In this document: positions 1-10,300 of the stretch, piece after piece
Position numbering within the stretch: position 1 is the first letter of the stretch
Layout: each line of letters begins with the position of its first letter
From: a virus
Strand: one strand, 5' to 3'
DNA length: 64,000 bases
IMG/VR virus record: IMGVR_UViG_3300042991_000159
Location: 35,796-99,795 of that record
Notes under the pieces: generated by a model
Told to the model about the DNA's origin: nothing
Databases searched by the model: none
What the model saw: only the letters and a program-made list of their open reading frames with translations
Program-made: the position numbers and the translations under genes

Positions 1-2857
1 TAAATTGATGTTGATCAAGAAGTTCTGGTACAAGCATATCAGCATTAATAGCATCTTCTATGTCTTCTTTAGAAGCAAGACCTTTTTTAAACTTGTTGAT
101 ATATTTTCTTGCAAGATATGCAAGTTTAGTAGCCCCCGATCTAACTCTAAGATAATCTGTCTTAATGTTATTTTCACTTGGGTCTTCATCTATATTCTTT
201 CCGTTAATTACTACATCAATCTGATCTTGAGCATTTTTAATTTGCTCATTAGTATTGTCTGTATATTGAGTTTTAGTACTCACGTTACCATGAGAATTTT
301 GTCCGTCTATTTCTCTTCGTTCATCAACAGTGGGTTTAATAAACTTATTAAAATCTCCTATAATCTGGTAGTTGGGATATATTATTTTATATGCTTCTTC
401 GAGTGCGGGAAAAGCATTTTCGGTAGCAACAACTCCTACTCTATCAATCATTTCGTCAACTACATCCTCGATACTTACACCTAGACTATTTTTAGCTGTC
501 TTTGTAAGATTTATTAAGGTGTTGGTTAAAGATACCTTATCTGAACCTTCTAGTGTAAGATTAGTAGTGGCATCATTAAATTCTGAATCAAGTTGTAATT
601 TTCTTTTCTCTTGTTCTATTTGATCTGCTGGAATATCAGTTACATCCTTATCTTCAGGAATTTGAGCATCGGCTGCTGCTTCAACATCAAACATATCTGG
701 TGTTTCATCCTCTACTATACCTGCTTCTTCAGCTTGTTGTTCAGCTTGTTGTTCAATTTTATCTTTTTTTTCAGCCTGACGTTCTTTATCAACTTTATCT
801 TTCTTTTCCGCTTTTTTTCTTTTGGTTTCAACTTCTTCTTCTTTTCTTTCTCTCTTAACTTTATCTTTAAGGTCTTTTATAATTTTCTCTTGTTGCTCTT
901 TTTTATCTTTAACTTTCTTTCTTTCCTTTATCTGAGTTTCAGGAGAAATCATAAATTTATAAGCTACATCAAGTTCGTTTAGATTTTCAGTCAAAGTTTC
1001 TAATGTCTTATTATATTCAGTTAATCTATCTTCCATTTGAGGATCACGATTCTCTTGAAATTCAAGGTCTGCTTCAATTTCATCTCTAACTCGTCTTACT
1101 TCATTAATATCCTGTTGTAGAGACTGTCTATTCTCACGATTAAAGAATATATCTGCTTGATTTTCATAACGACCATACCTATTATAATCGCTTTCCATTC
1201 TCTGAAGTTCTCTAAGTTGAATTTCAGCTTGTTCTTTATAATTATTATCCCAACCATTAGCTTTAGCTTCTTCAGGTGTAGTGTTAGCTACATCTTGAAG
1301 ATCACGTTCAAGTTTTTCAGTAGTTCCTTTTTGGAAGTTTTCTTTAGCTATCATACGAAATACGGACTTCTTAACTATTTCAGCAAAGTTATCTTTTCCT
1401 GTTGCATATGATTCTGCTTTAAGAGCTTCAGCTTGAGCTAACCAAGAAAGTTTCTGATTTACAAATTGTTTATTAGCTTCAATTTGTTCTTGTTGTTCTT
1501 GATATCTTGCCGCATATTGTTTTTTAGAACTAGGTGCTAAATTACCACTAACAGCTTCAGTAAAAACACGTTGTGGACCACCACCAAATACACCCATCAG
1601 ACCTTCAAGAAGAGCTTGGTCTGATGTAGCGAATTGAATTACTCTCTGAGTTAAATCTTCAGGAATATCAGATACGTCTAATCCTGCTTCTTTTCTGGAT
1701 TGATACTGACCTTCCATCTGAATTATATTTTGACCAATTTCTTCAGCACCTTCCTTAGCACCTTGAATTAATAGATTATCAGTAGAAAGTGTGCCAAATC
1801 TTTTTGCCCAAGTAGTTAAATTCTTTTCTTTTAATAGATTACGAGTAACCCCTTTGGCTTTAAATATACCATGAAGTCCTATTGCATCTGTAAGAGCAAA
1901 TACTTTATTACGATTGATAAACTGGTTTGCTTTTTCACCAGCAATCGTTTCAAATTCTTTTAACTTATCTGTTTCTAACTGAAGATTAGTAATCTGTTCA
2001 GCTTTTTGTATAAGCTCTTCCTTGCTCATCTCAGGATTAAGAGCTTGTTGTTCATTATAATTTTGTTCAAAAAGACCTTGTTGCATTTGTCCCATAGAGT
2101 TTTCAAATTGCTCTATAGCCATCATTTTACCTTCAGCAAAATTTGTAATATAACCAGAAACTCCTGAATTGATTGCTTGTGCTATTTTAGGATTTTGACC
2201 TATCATACTAAGATATTTGTCAAGTCTAGCCGATCTTTGAACAAATTTATTAACTCTTGTTAGTTCTGCACCAAGTTTTATACCTTTCTGAACAGCACCT
2301 ATACCTTTAGATACGGCCATACCGGGAATAGCAAAACCTACAGCACTGTCAAGTATTCCTTTGAGAGAAGAGAAATAGAAGCCGGGATCAGACCAATCAA
2401 ATACTTGATCCGTCTCTCTGTGAATAGGCATAGCTTGTTCCAGACCCTTCTTAGCGTCTTCCATTACTTGAGAAAAAGCATTAGTATCTACTTCTTCAAG
2501 TCCTTGTAAACGTTTGATATTATTGTCAAAGTCAAGAAGATAACCAACATCCTCTAAAGCAGTAAGCGCACCTGAAGCGATACCACCAACAATAGCATTG
2601 AAAGCTTTGTGTGAAGTAGGTTGATGTAATGCTCTCTCACGTTCAAGATTATTAAGGTCTTTAAGAGTAAGATTTTCGTCATAACGTGAACGTTTTCCTA
2701 CAATGCCACCTACCTGTACTACAGGCTCATGTTTCGATACAGAAGTTCCCGGTAATAATGTATAATCAAGATAATCTGAACCGTTCGATGAATTAGGTTT
2801 TTGAGTTAATCCTGAAGCAGGATCAATCATTTCATAGTTTAAATATTCTTCATTCAT
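1..2857 (-). CDS. Large ejected cargo protein (giant virion protein, in the position of crAss-like cargo/virion RNA polymerase genes), 3' truncated by window edge
   Basis: Missing from the ORF track because it has no stop inside the window. ATG at 2857, 1 nt past the TAG of the upstream gene: MNEEYLNYEMIDPASGLTQKP...; read manually, it stays open to position 2 (~950 aa). Gly/Ala-rich hydrophobic segments (AIVGGIASGALTAL, AVGFAIPGMAVS) are followed by E/K/Q-rich coiled coils. No RNAP catalytic motif is visible in this part. Confidence 0.8.
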   Translation of the reverse strand, partial: MNEEYLNYEMIDPASGLTQKPNSSNGSDYLDYTLLPGTSVSKHEPVVQVGGIVGKRSRYDENLTLKDLNNLERERALHQPTSHKAFNAIVGGIASGALTALEDVGYLLDFDNNIKRLQGLEEVDTNAFSQVMEDAKKGLEQAMPIHRETDQVFDWSDPGFYFSSLKGILDSAVGFAIPGMAVSKGIGAVQKGIKLGAELTRVNKFVQRSARLDKYLSMIGQNPKIAQAINSGVSGYITNFAEGKMMAIEQFENSMGQMQQGLFEQNYNEQQALNPEMSKEELIQKAEQITNLQLETDKLKEFETIAGEKANQFINRNKVFALTDAIGLHGIFKAKGVTRNLLKEKNLTTWAKRFGTLSTDNLLIQGAKEGAEEIGQNIIQMEGQYQSRKEAGLDVSDIPEDLTQRVIQFATSDQALLEGLMGVFGGGPQRVFTEAVSGNLAPSSKKQYAARYQEQQEQIEANKQFVNQKLSWLAQAEALKAESYATGKDNFAEIVKKSVFRMIAKENFQKGTTEKLERDLQDVANTTPEEAKANGWDNNYKEQAEIQLRELQRMESDYNRYGRYENQADIFFNRENRQSLQQDINEVRRVRDEIEADLEFQENRDPQMEDRLTEYNKTLETLTENLNELDVAYKFMISPETQIKERKKVKDKKEQQEKIIKDLKDKVKRERKEEEVETKRKKAEKKDKVDKERQAEKKDKIEQQAEQQAEEAGIVEDETPDMFDVEAAADAQIPEDKDVTDIPADQIEQEKRKLQLDSEFNDATTNLTLEGSDKVSLTNTLINLTKTAKNSLGVSIEDVVDEMIDRVGVVATENAFPALEEAYKIIYPNYQIIGDFNKFIKPTVDERREIDGQNSHGNVSTKTQYTDNTNEQIKNAQDQIDVVINGKNIDEDPSENNIKTDYLRVRSGATKLAYLARKYINKFKKGLASKEDIEDAINADMLVPELLDQHQF

Positions 2858-2858
2858 A

Positions 2859-4724
2859 CTATTGAATTTTACCCGGATTGCCCGACAAACCTTCGTAATT
2901 ATTAAATCTTGTATCAACTGCTCCTGCTACCATTTCTTGATACTGTTCAAGACTAATAGGTTGTCTTGTTCTAGTATTGTGGTCAATAAGAATTATCTGT
3001 TTCTTATTTCCGTTAATTATACTTCCTTCTCCCTCCACATAAACTTGTTGACCAGTTGGTTCCCCTTTATAATCAAGAATATCAACAGGTCTCATTTCAC
3101 CCGGAGCAATACTTGTTGGGTTATAGTAAGATTCAGTTACGAATTGTGCTGACTCTAACATATCTTGTGTTTGAACGTCAGGTGAAAAATTAATAGTTAC
3201 TGGTTTGGCTCCTTTTTTTCCTTCTTTAGCGGGTATAGTCATAGATATTGTTCCTTCTGTAACATTAATGCGAGTATCAAGTTTCTTATCTGCCATAGCT
3301 TCTTCCAAATCCTGATAAGTATTGTAACCTAATTGATCGGCAACACCTTTTTTACCAAATACATCTCCCGTAGTTTCTATTCCTTGAACAGTAAAATCAC
3401 CAGAATTAATATTGCTAAACGCTTGAATCTTCAGATTAGAAGAAGAATCTTCTAATCTTGTATTCCAAGTAAGTCTTGCAGATTCGGATGCGTTCTGAAG
3501 ATAATTTTCATATGCTTTAAATGCTTCATCACGTGTAAGATTCTTTAATTCAGGATATTCTGAACCAAGAACATTATAATAATCGTTCAAATACTTCTCT
3601 CTTACACCAAGAGCACGTTGTCTTTCATTTTCTCTCTGCTGCGCTGTCATATTGTCATAGAAAACAGGGGTACTTCCAAGAGGTCCACCTGCTGTAGGAG
3701 CACCTGTACCTCCTGCTCCCGGTTCTCTTAGCATAGCTTTATGTTTTTCTAATCTACCATTAGCTTCAGTTGAAAGTACCGGTTGATAGTTAGCTGAACC
3801 AAAATAAGGATTGACAACTTCCCCCTCCAGACTCTTTTTAAAGTCTGCAATCTGATAAGGATTAACCTCAAGACTCATATCTTGTTGACGGAATACAGAA
3901 GGAGCAATATTACCAAGAAGGGTTTGTCTCGTAGCTTCAGCTAACGTATCTCCTTTAAGTCCAAATTTCTCTTTCTGAGTTGGATCAAGACTACTAAAAC
4001 CTTCAACAAATTCAGGATGTGATTGTTGGAAAGCTAATTGAATAGCGGGGTCTTTCGCCATCTCTTCAATTTTCGTACGAGTAACCTGAGTTACCTTAGT
4101 ACCTGTAATGAATCCTTCAAATTCTTCAGGACTAATATTATATCTTTTATATTGATCCGGAGTAAGAGAAGAGAAAATATCTCTTGCTGTCTTTCCCCAA
4201 TCTCCTTGTTCAACCACTCTACCTGTAAACTGATCAACTCCACGTACCTGTCCTTGTTCATCCATTGTAGTAAGTTGCCTTGGGTCTTGACCAAATATCA
4301 TAGCTTTTGGACCAAACTTAGTAACTTGTTCTTCAAATGCTTGTCTTTTTTTCTCAACCTCTTTTTGAGCATTCCAAAACGGATTAGCTCTAAGTTCACT
4401 CACTTGTCTCGCTACAGTTTTAGCTGCTCTTCCCCAATCACCACCGAATTGTTCTTCAACAGTCTTATCAATATTACTCATAGAATCATTAATAATTTGA
4501 TTCTTTGAAGCAATATCTGCCATACCTACTTGTTGTTGAGCCATAGCATCTTTATCCGCAAGTGCTCCTGCAAACGCTGTATCATAACCAGCTTGTCTTC
4601 CTCTTAGTTGTTCCTGAAGAAAGTCAATAGGTATAGGATTAAAAAACGATTGATAGTCTCCTATCATTGGTTGATTCGAGTATTGACTCGAATATCTTTG
4701 TTGCGGTGGATATTTAGTCGCCAT
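2859..4724 (-). CDS. Putative ejected cargo protein (621 aa)
   Basis: Long ORF between the cargo-1-like genes and the giant cargo gene; N-terminal YQSFFNPIPIDFL...QAGYD motif resembles crAss-like cargo proteins. Confidence 0.65.
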   Translation of the reverse strand: MATKYPPQQRYSSQYSNQPMIGDYQSFFNPIPIDFLQEQLRGRQAGYDTAFAGALADKDAMAQQQVGMADIASKNQIINDSMSNIDKTVEEQFGGDWGRAAKTVARQVSELRANPFWNAQKEVEKKRQAFEEQVTKFGPKAMIFGQDPRQLTTMDEQGQVRGVDQFTGRVVEQGDWGKTARDIFSSLTPDQYKRYNISPEEFEGFITGTKVTQVTRTKIEEMAKDPAIQLAFQQSHPEFVEGFSSLDPTQKEKFGLKGDTLAEATRQTLLGNIAPSVFRQQDMSLEVNPYQIADFKKSLEGEVVNPYFGSANYQPVLSTEANGRLEKHKAMLREPGAGGTGAPTAGGPLGSTPVFYDNMTAQQRENERQRALGVREKYLNDYYNVLGSEYPELKNLTRDEAFKAYENYLQNASESARLTWNTRLEDSSSNLKIQAFSNINSGDFTVQGIETTGDVFGKKGVADQLGYNTYQDLEEAMADKKLDTRINVTEGTISMTIPAKEGKKGAKPVTINFSPDVQTQDMLESAQFVTESYYNPTSIAPGEMRPVDILDYKGEPTGQQVYVEGEGSIINGNKKQIILIDHNTRTRQPISLEQYQEMVAGAVDTRFNNYEGLSGNPGKIQ

Positions 4725-4726
4725 GA

Positions 4727-5803
4727 TTATGAAACTTTATCATTTGTGTTTCTGAATGTTACTTTCTTTATTGGATCAGTTATTCCAAGAATCCTTCTTA
4801 ATAAAGTAGGATCGGATTGTAACAGACCATAGTTCGGATTTCGTGATAGTTCCATATTAACCATCTGATCATAATTACCTGCACTTGTCTTATCACGTAA
4901 ATATCCAGATAACGCATCAGTAATACCAGAAATCGAATTTGCTTTACGTTCATTATTAATAAATGCGTTTTCTCTTTTTAACTGAGTAGAAAGTAGTTGA
5001 TTCCTGTCATTAATCTGTCTTGCTTGTAATGCCTGTTGAGCATTCATTTGTGAAGTCTGATTCTTAATTTGGGCATTAACATTTCCTTCTTGTTGTAGAC
5101 TTTGTCCAAATTGTTCACCTGCAACTCTTTGTGTTCCTGTTCTACCTGCTATGATATTTTCCATAGCACCAGCCTGAGAACCTGCGGATGCTGCACCACG
5201 AGTTATCATCGCATTAGATAAATCTCTCTCACGCATAACCTGTTCACGCTCCCTGCTATAATCTACAAGGTTCGGAGCAATTTTTTCAGGTGTGTATGTA
5301 TCTGGTTCATAAGTTGGTAAATCTAATGGTCTATTTGCAAACAGATTTCCAATAGCTCCTGCTGCATATCCCATCCAAGGAACTCTTGATTGAAAAGGTT
5401 GTTCACCAGCACCGGCTGTCGGAGAAGTACCTCCCATACTTGTTGGGTTAAGAGTTGGATTCAAATATCCTTCTCCTGTATTAAAGTTTATTCCTGTACT
5501 GAAGTTTGTAGCCATAGCAGGAGTATTAAGTTTTGGTGCAATTCCTTCTTGATAACCCATACCGGGAAGAAATGTACCACCAGTATCATACATGGGAAGT
5601 GAACCACCCATAGCGAATTGTTGTCCACCTTGAGGTCCAATACTCATTCTAACTTCTTCTTGCTTTTGCTGTAAAGCAGTAAGTTCCGCTTCCATAGCCT
5701 TACGAGCTAACGGATCGTTTTTATCAAACTTATCTCCGAGTCTAAGTTTGTATCTGTTCATTATTTTCTTTGCTTCCTGAGCAAAAGTCTTTTCACGTTT
5801 CAT
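4727..5803 (-). CDS. Cargo protein 1-like, C-terminal half (358 aa)
   Basis: TFAQEAKKI...NDPLARKAMEAELTALQQKQE motif; FAMGG and YDTGG motifs; hydrophobic segment WMGYAAGAIGNLF; Q/N/A-rich helical C-terminus. Confidence 0.65.
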   Translation of the reverse strand: MKREKTFAQEAKKIMNRYKLRLGDKFDKNDPLARKAMEAELTALQQKQEEVRMSIGPQGGQQFAMGGSLPMYDTGGTFLPGMGYQEGIAPKLNTPAMATNFSTGINFNTGEGYLNPTLNPTSMGGTSPTAGAGEQPFQSRVPWMGYAAGAIGNLFANRPLDLPTYEPDTYTPEKIAPNLVDYSREREQVMRERDLSNAMITRGAASAGSQAGAMENIIAGRTGTQRVAGEQFGQSLQQEGNVNAQIKNQTSQMNAQQALQARQINDRNQLLSTQLKRENAFINNERKANSISGITDALSGYLRDKTSAGNYDQMVNMELSRNPNYGLLQSDPTLLRRILGITDPIKKVTFRNTNDKVS

Positions 5804-5804
5804 C

Positions 5805-7295
5805 TTAATCGAATTTAAGTCGGTTACTAAATACGTATCCGTTCCATGTAACTTCCCCTTTCTCAGTCATTCCTACTGCTGAAGTCCTTGACATTTTTGC
5901 AGGATTACCTTTTGCGTCAACAGGGATACCACCTACACCTTCTTGGTGAGTATTACCATTTGAATATTCTGTTATCTGAGGTTGCTGATTCATGAATCCC
6001 ATTCCTATTTGTCCACCATCTTCATGTTGTATTAAACCATTTTGAGAATAATACTTTGCTAATTCGAGATCAGTAGTTATTCCTGTTTTATTTTTAATAG
6101 CATATTCTCTAGCTTCATCATTATTCATATGTATTAAACTATCTCCTTGTTGTACAATTTCAGGAAAAATCATTGCTGTACTATCTGACAACGGATGATA
6201 ACTAAGACCGTGTGAACTTGTTTTTCCACTACCGGGATTGTAAGGGTCTGGAATATTTAACTTATTACCTTCAAGATATCTTTTAATCCAAGGGTTATTT
6301 TTGTTAGCAATAGTAAGACTATCAGCTCTACTTTTTAAATCTCCACCATTCTCAAACGTAGCACCGTAGTTAACTTGTTTAGTATCAAGTACATTACCAA
6401 GTCTTGTCTTTCTGTTTGCAAGTCTTTCTTGTTCTGCTTGTGATGCAGCTAATTCATCTGCTTGTTGTTGCATCATATCTTCTTGAGAGTTCTTCTGTTG
6501 AATCCCGGAAATTGCACTACCAGCAGTACTTAGAATTGGTCCAGCTATTTGTCCAATTGCCGGTATCATACTTACCAGAGAACCTGCTCCTTTAAGTAAT
6601 CCAGCACCGTTTTCTTTTAACCAACTACCAAACCCATACTGCATAAGACCCCCACCATATCCATGCTTTGCAAAACTTTTTTCCATTTCAATTAACCTGT
6701 TATAATAATCAGGACCCTGATTCTTGAAATGATCTGTTGCAATTTTTCTTGCTATCTTAGTTGATTCAGCTTTATTTTTAACATTTCCGGTATGTTCATG
6801 TTCTATTTTAATACCTTTTTTCATGAAGTCCTTAGAAGGAGAACCTTTATAAGTCTGACCTTTAGGTTTTTTCAGGTCTTCTCCTATCTTAGCAAGCTTC
6901 TTATAATATGTAGGACCAGCTTCTTCGAAATGATCCTTGGCAACTTGTTTTGCTATTTTAAGATTACCAGAATGTTCTTTTTCAACTCGTACACCTGCAC
7001 TCATAGCACCAGCAGGAATCTTTCCCCCATAAGCTCTAAGCTGTAATGCTGGTTTACCGTCAACAACAGGTCCAGCTACAAGTGTACCTCCATTAGCATA
7101 CAGCATTCCACCAAGCTCGTGATTCCACTTTCTAGCATTAATAGCAAACTGTTTTTTCTTACGTATAGCAGGAGAGTCTCCTGATTTGATACTCAGCTTA
7201 CTAGCTGGTATTTTTTGCCCTTCTGAAACTCCAAGATGTTTGCGAAGCGATCCTCGTTTTGAAGGCTTGATATAAATTTTTGGTTTAGTGGACAT
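5805..7295 (-). CDS. Cargo protein 1-like, N-terminal half; modular (basic N-domain, two DUF5661-like repeats, hydrophobic segment, GNTHQEGVGG...YVFSNRL domain)
   Basis: The ORF track starts at 7322 (GTG); ATG at 7295 (MSTKPK) is more likely. Directly downstream of the muzzle gene, as in crAss-like phages. Confidence 0.7.
   Translation of the reverse strand: MSTKPKIYIKPSKRGSLRKHLGVSEGQKIPASKLSIKSGDSPAIRKKKQFAINARKWNHELGGMLYANGGTLVAGPVVDGKPALQLRAYGGKIPAGAMSAGVRVEKEHSGNLKIAKQVAKDHFEEAGPTYYKKLAKIGEDLKKPKGQTYKGSPSKDFMKKGIKIEHEHTGNVKNKAESTKIARKIATDHFKNQGPDYYNRLIEMEKSFAKHGYGGGLMQYGFGSWLKENGAGLLKGAGSLVSMIPAIGQIAGPILSTAGSAISGIQQKNSQEDMMQQQADELAASQAEQERLANRKTRLGNVLDTKQVNYGATFENGGDLKSRADSLTIANKNNPWIKRYLEGNKLNIPDPYNPGSGKTSSHGLSYHPLSDSTAMIFPEIVQQGDSLIHMNNDEAREYAIKNKTGITTDLELAKYYSQNGLIQHEDGGQIGMGFMNQQPQITEYSNGNTHQEGVGGIPVDAKGNPAKMSRTSAVGMTEKGEVTWNGYVFSNRLKFD
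6690..6995 (-). repeat. Tandem duplicated DUF5661-like domain inside the cargo gene
   Basis: GVRVEKEHSGNLKIAKQVAKDHFEEAGPTYYKKL and GIKIEHEHTGNV...IARKIATDHFKNQGPDYYNRL share G-x-x-[VI]-E-x-E-H...A-x-D-H-F...G-P-x-Y-Y-x-x-L. Confidence 0.75.
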
Positions 7296-7331
7296 AATAT
7301 TTTTTATTATAGTGATTTTCACCCTATTCTG

Positions 7332-7363
7332 TAAAAATAGTCATTAATATATTACCCACCAAA
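7332..7363 (-). promoter_or_regulatory. Near-consensus Bacteroidota sigma-A promoter for the cargo operon
   Basis: Minus strand TTTG-N20-TATTTTTA (consensus TTTG-N19/21-TAnnTTTG) in the intergenic gap. Confidence 0.45.
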
Positions 7364-7377
7364 TAAACGATATAGTA

Positions 7378-10300
7378 TTATTTATTAGATGGAGTATAAG
7401 AAGTTATTATATCATGAGCAACAAATCGTCTATCATTTACATCATTTGTATATGTAAGCTTTATAAATAAGTGAGTATCACGGAATCGTGAGTCTCTTCT
7501 TAATTTAGCTGTAGCTCCATCCGGTTCGTATCTTGCTCTTGGTATAGCATATCTCCATTTTCTCATTCTACGTTTTACATTTACATTTGGAGTTAATGCA
7601 ATACCTGCTGCAAGTGTACCTTGATATGTATTCCATGCTTTAAATCTTGTAAAGGTAGAATCAACTTCAGTTCCATTAGGAGCATAAAGTTCTGATAACC
7701 AAGCAAGATTGTTGAAGATAGCAACATCTGTCTGAGGATTGATAAGTAATGTTATACTTGAATCTACATAACTTCCATACAGATATCCTCTATTTGCATA
7801 AACATCATTATGTTTAAAGAAATTAATATGATCTCTTGATCCAAGAACTTTATCTCTGTAGTTAATAACATAGCTAGGATAATAATCAAAGAACCCTGTA
7901 AATGCATCTGTAAGTTCGTTATATACAAGTGACCAGTTGTTTACATTGTTATTTACCCATATCTCGTTAAACTCCGGATCGTTGAATAACTGAAGATGGG
8001 TTGGTGTAGTTATAGCTGATCTGAAATATGAATCCATTCCTTTCATTATAGACACTTCTTCCGGACCACCAGTATATTTATACAACGCTTTATTGATAGC
8101 ATCAATCCAATATAATCCGTTAGCTGTCAATAGGACATGACGTTTATCTGAAGCTCCAACATTAGTTTTGGCGTAATCAAATCTATCAAGAACTCCTGAA
8201 GTACCAAGAGACAGTTGAGAAATCTGAGTTGTCTGTAACAAAGCACGTTCATTAACTGAGAGAATACCGAAAGCTCTCGGTTGGAAGAAAAGTAACTTCT
8301 CGTTGACAGTAATCAATTTGGTAATCTCTCCCCACTGAGGATCAACGTCTTTATAAGAATTTACTCTGAAATTTAACCAACTATCAGATAACTCATTAGT
8401 AGTCTTTATATCAGAAGCATATGTTCTAACAGGATATTCAAGTTGAGAAACAAAATCAAACGGAGCTTGAATGAATATCTTAGTATCATTTTCTTTGCTA
8501 TAAACCGTATTATATCTGTAAAGATCATTTGGTTGAACAAGATCGTCTGCTATACCATTACTCCAAATTCCTGCTGATTCATGAATAAGATCAGATGTTG
8601 TGAATATACGATGATAACAATTATCTAATCTCAAAGGGAGGTTAATACTTGTCTCTACAGGAAAATATATAACTTCCGGTTGAGTTGAAGTAGCTGAATC
8701 CTGTTCCCAAGAACTGTAGAGATAATCAAACATTCCAATATACGTATCTCCACCGAATACAAGAATACTTGTATTCGCAATATCTTGTATATCAGATGCA
8801 ACCATATAGGTGTTCTGTTTTCTATTATTGAAAGTAAGACCTCCATATATAGTTGAGAAAGAGTTCCTTCTATAGTTAATCAATTTTCTCGCACTATCAT
8901 ATGCTGTATTCTTACTTCTCCAAGATGTATTATCTGCTCCAAAAACAAAAGATATACCTTTATCCGTATGATCTGTAGGATTATTTACATAAAATATGTT
9001 TGTTCCAATAATAGCTTCTACCTGCTCCTGAGTAACAATTTTTCCATCATAAATAGTTGTTTTGGATGTAATATCGTTCTCGTCACCCGCAGCCGATCCA
9101 GCACCACCGGGAGTCTCCGGTAACTGAGGATTATTCATTGCATTTACAGCATAATATCTATATAATATCAAGTCTGTAAGATAAGTATCTACTGCTACGT
9201 TTGTACTAAACTCTCCCACCTCTTGTAAACGATCACTTGATCTTTGAGTAAGATTTTTATTAAAAGCTACTTCAGGAGAAGCAAAGGTATGAATGTCAAG
9301 TGTTGATGAACCAATAGTCCAATTTACTGAACGTGGATATCCAGAAACTGTTTGTGTAGGACCAACTATTCCCTGTGCCATTACTGTTCTATCAGCAGAC
9401 TCTCTTTTAACTCTAACAATTTGATAACTCTCTGCCTCAGAAGGAAGATTGCTAAGTTCAAATTGAAGATGAAGAATATTACCTTTTGTAACATTACTAT
9501 CATACCATGCTATAGTATGATCAGCAGATGCTGCTGTTCCCGGTGTATAAGCGAATGTTTCAGTATAATTTATATATGTTCCACCATAATCATTTACGTA
9601 ATAACTGCCGGGATTCTTATCCCATTTGATTGTCCACAATCCTCCCACGTTTGCACTTTGAGTAACATCGTTTCCAACAATAGGATGACCTGCTATCATA
9701 TTACGTATAATGTTTCCGACCATCGTTCTGTCAAAGTCGGTAATACTATTGTCATAACTAAAAGTATATATATTACCATCACTTCCTCTAATCTGTATCC
9801 TATAATCATTATAGGGACCTTCATAGTTAATATATATTGTACCTTCTTGATTTACACCACCTGAACCACCGGTAAGATTGTACATATCTACATCTGAAAT
9901 TGTACTAATAGAAGGCATACGAATATCTGCAATCCATTTAACGAAAGAGGCTCTTCCTTTTTCATCAAAGAAAACGACACCAAATCTATAAATTTCATCT
10001 CTATGGTATCCAAGATAATTAACTACGTTATAAGGACTTGCGTATCCTTCATAAGAAGGATTATCAACAGTTCCTTCAGGAACAGTATAAAGTTCTTGTG
10101 GTATTCCAGTAAACTCATCTATTGTTGTTTCTTTTATCTTAAATTTGTAAGATACATTTGGTCCTTCTCCACCGGGAACTATACCATCTGCTTGATACAT
10201 ATATCTATATTCGTGATTCCCATCATTATCAAGATCGTTGAATTTGTTGATAGCATCAGCGTCTTCAGGAATGCTCCACGCTGTTCCATATCCACTTTGA

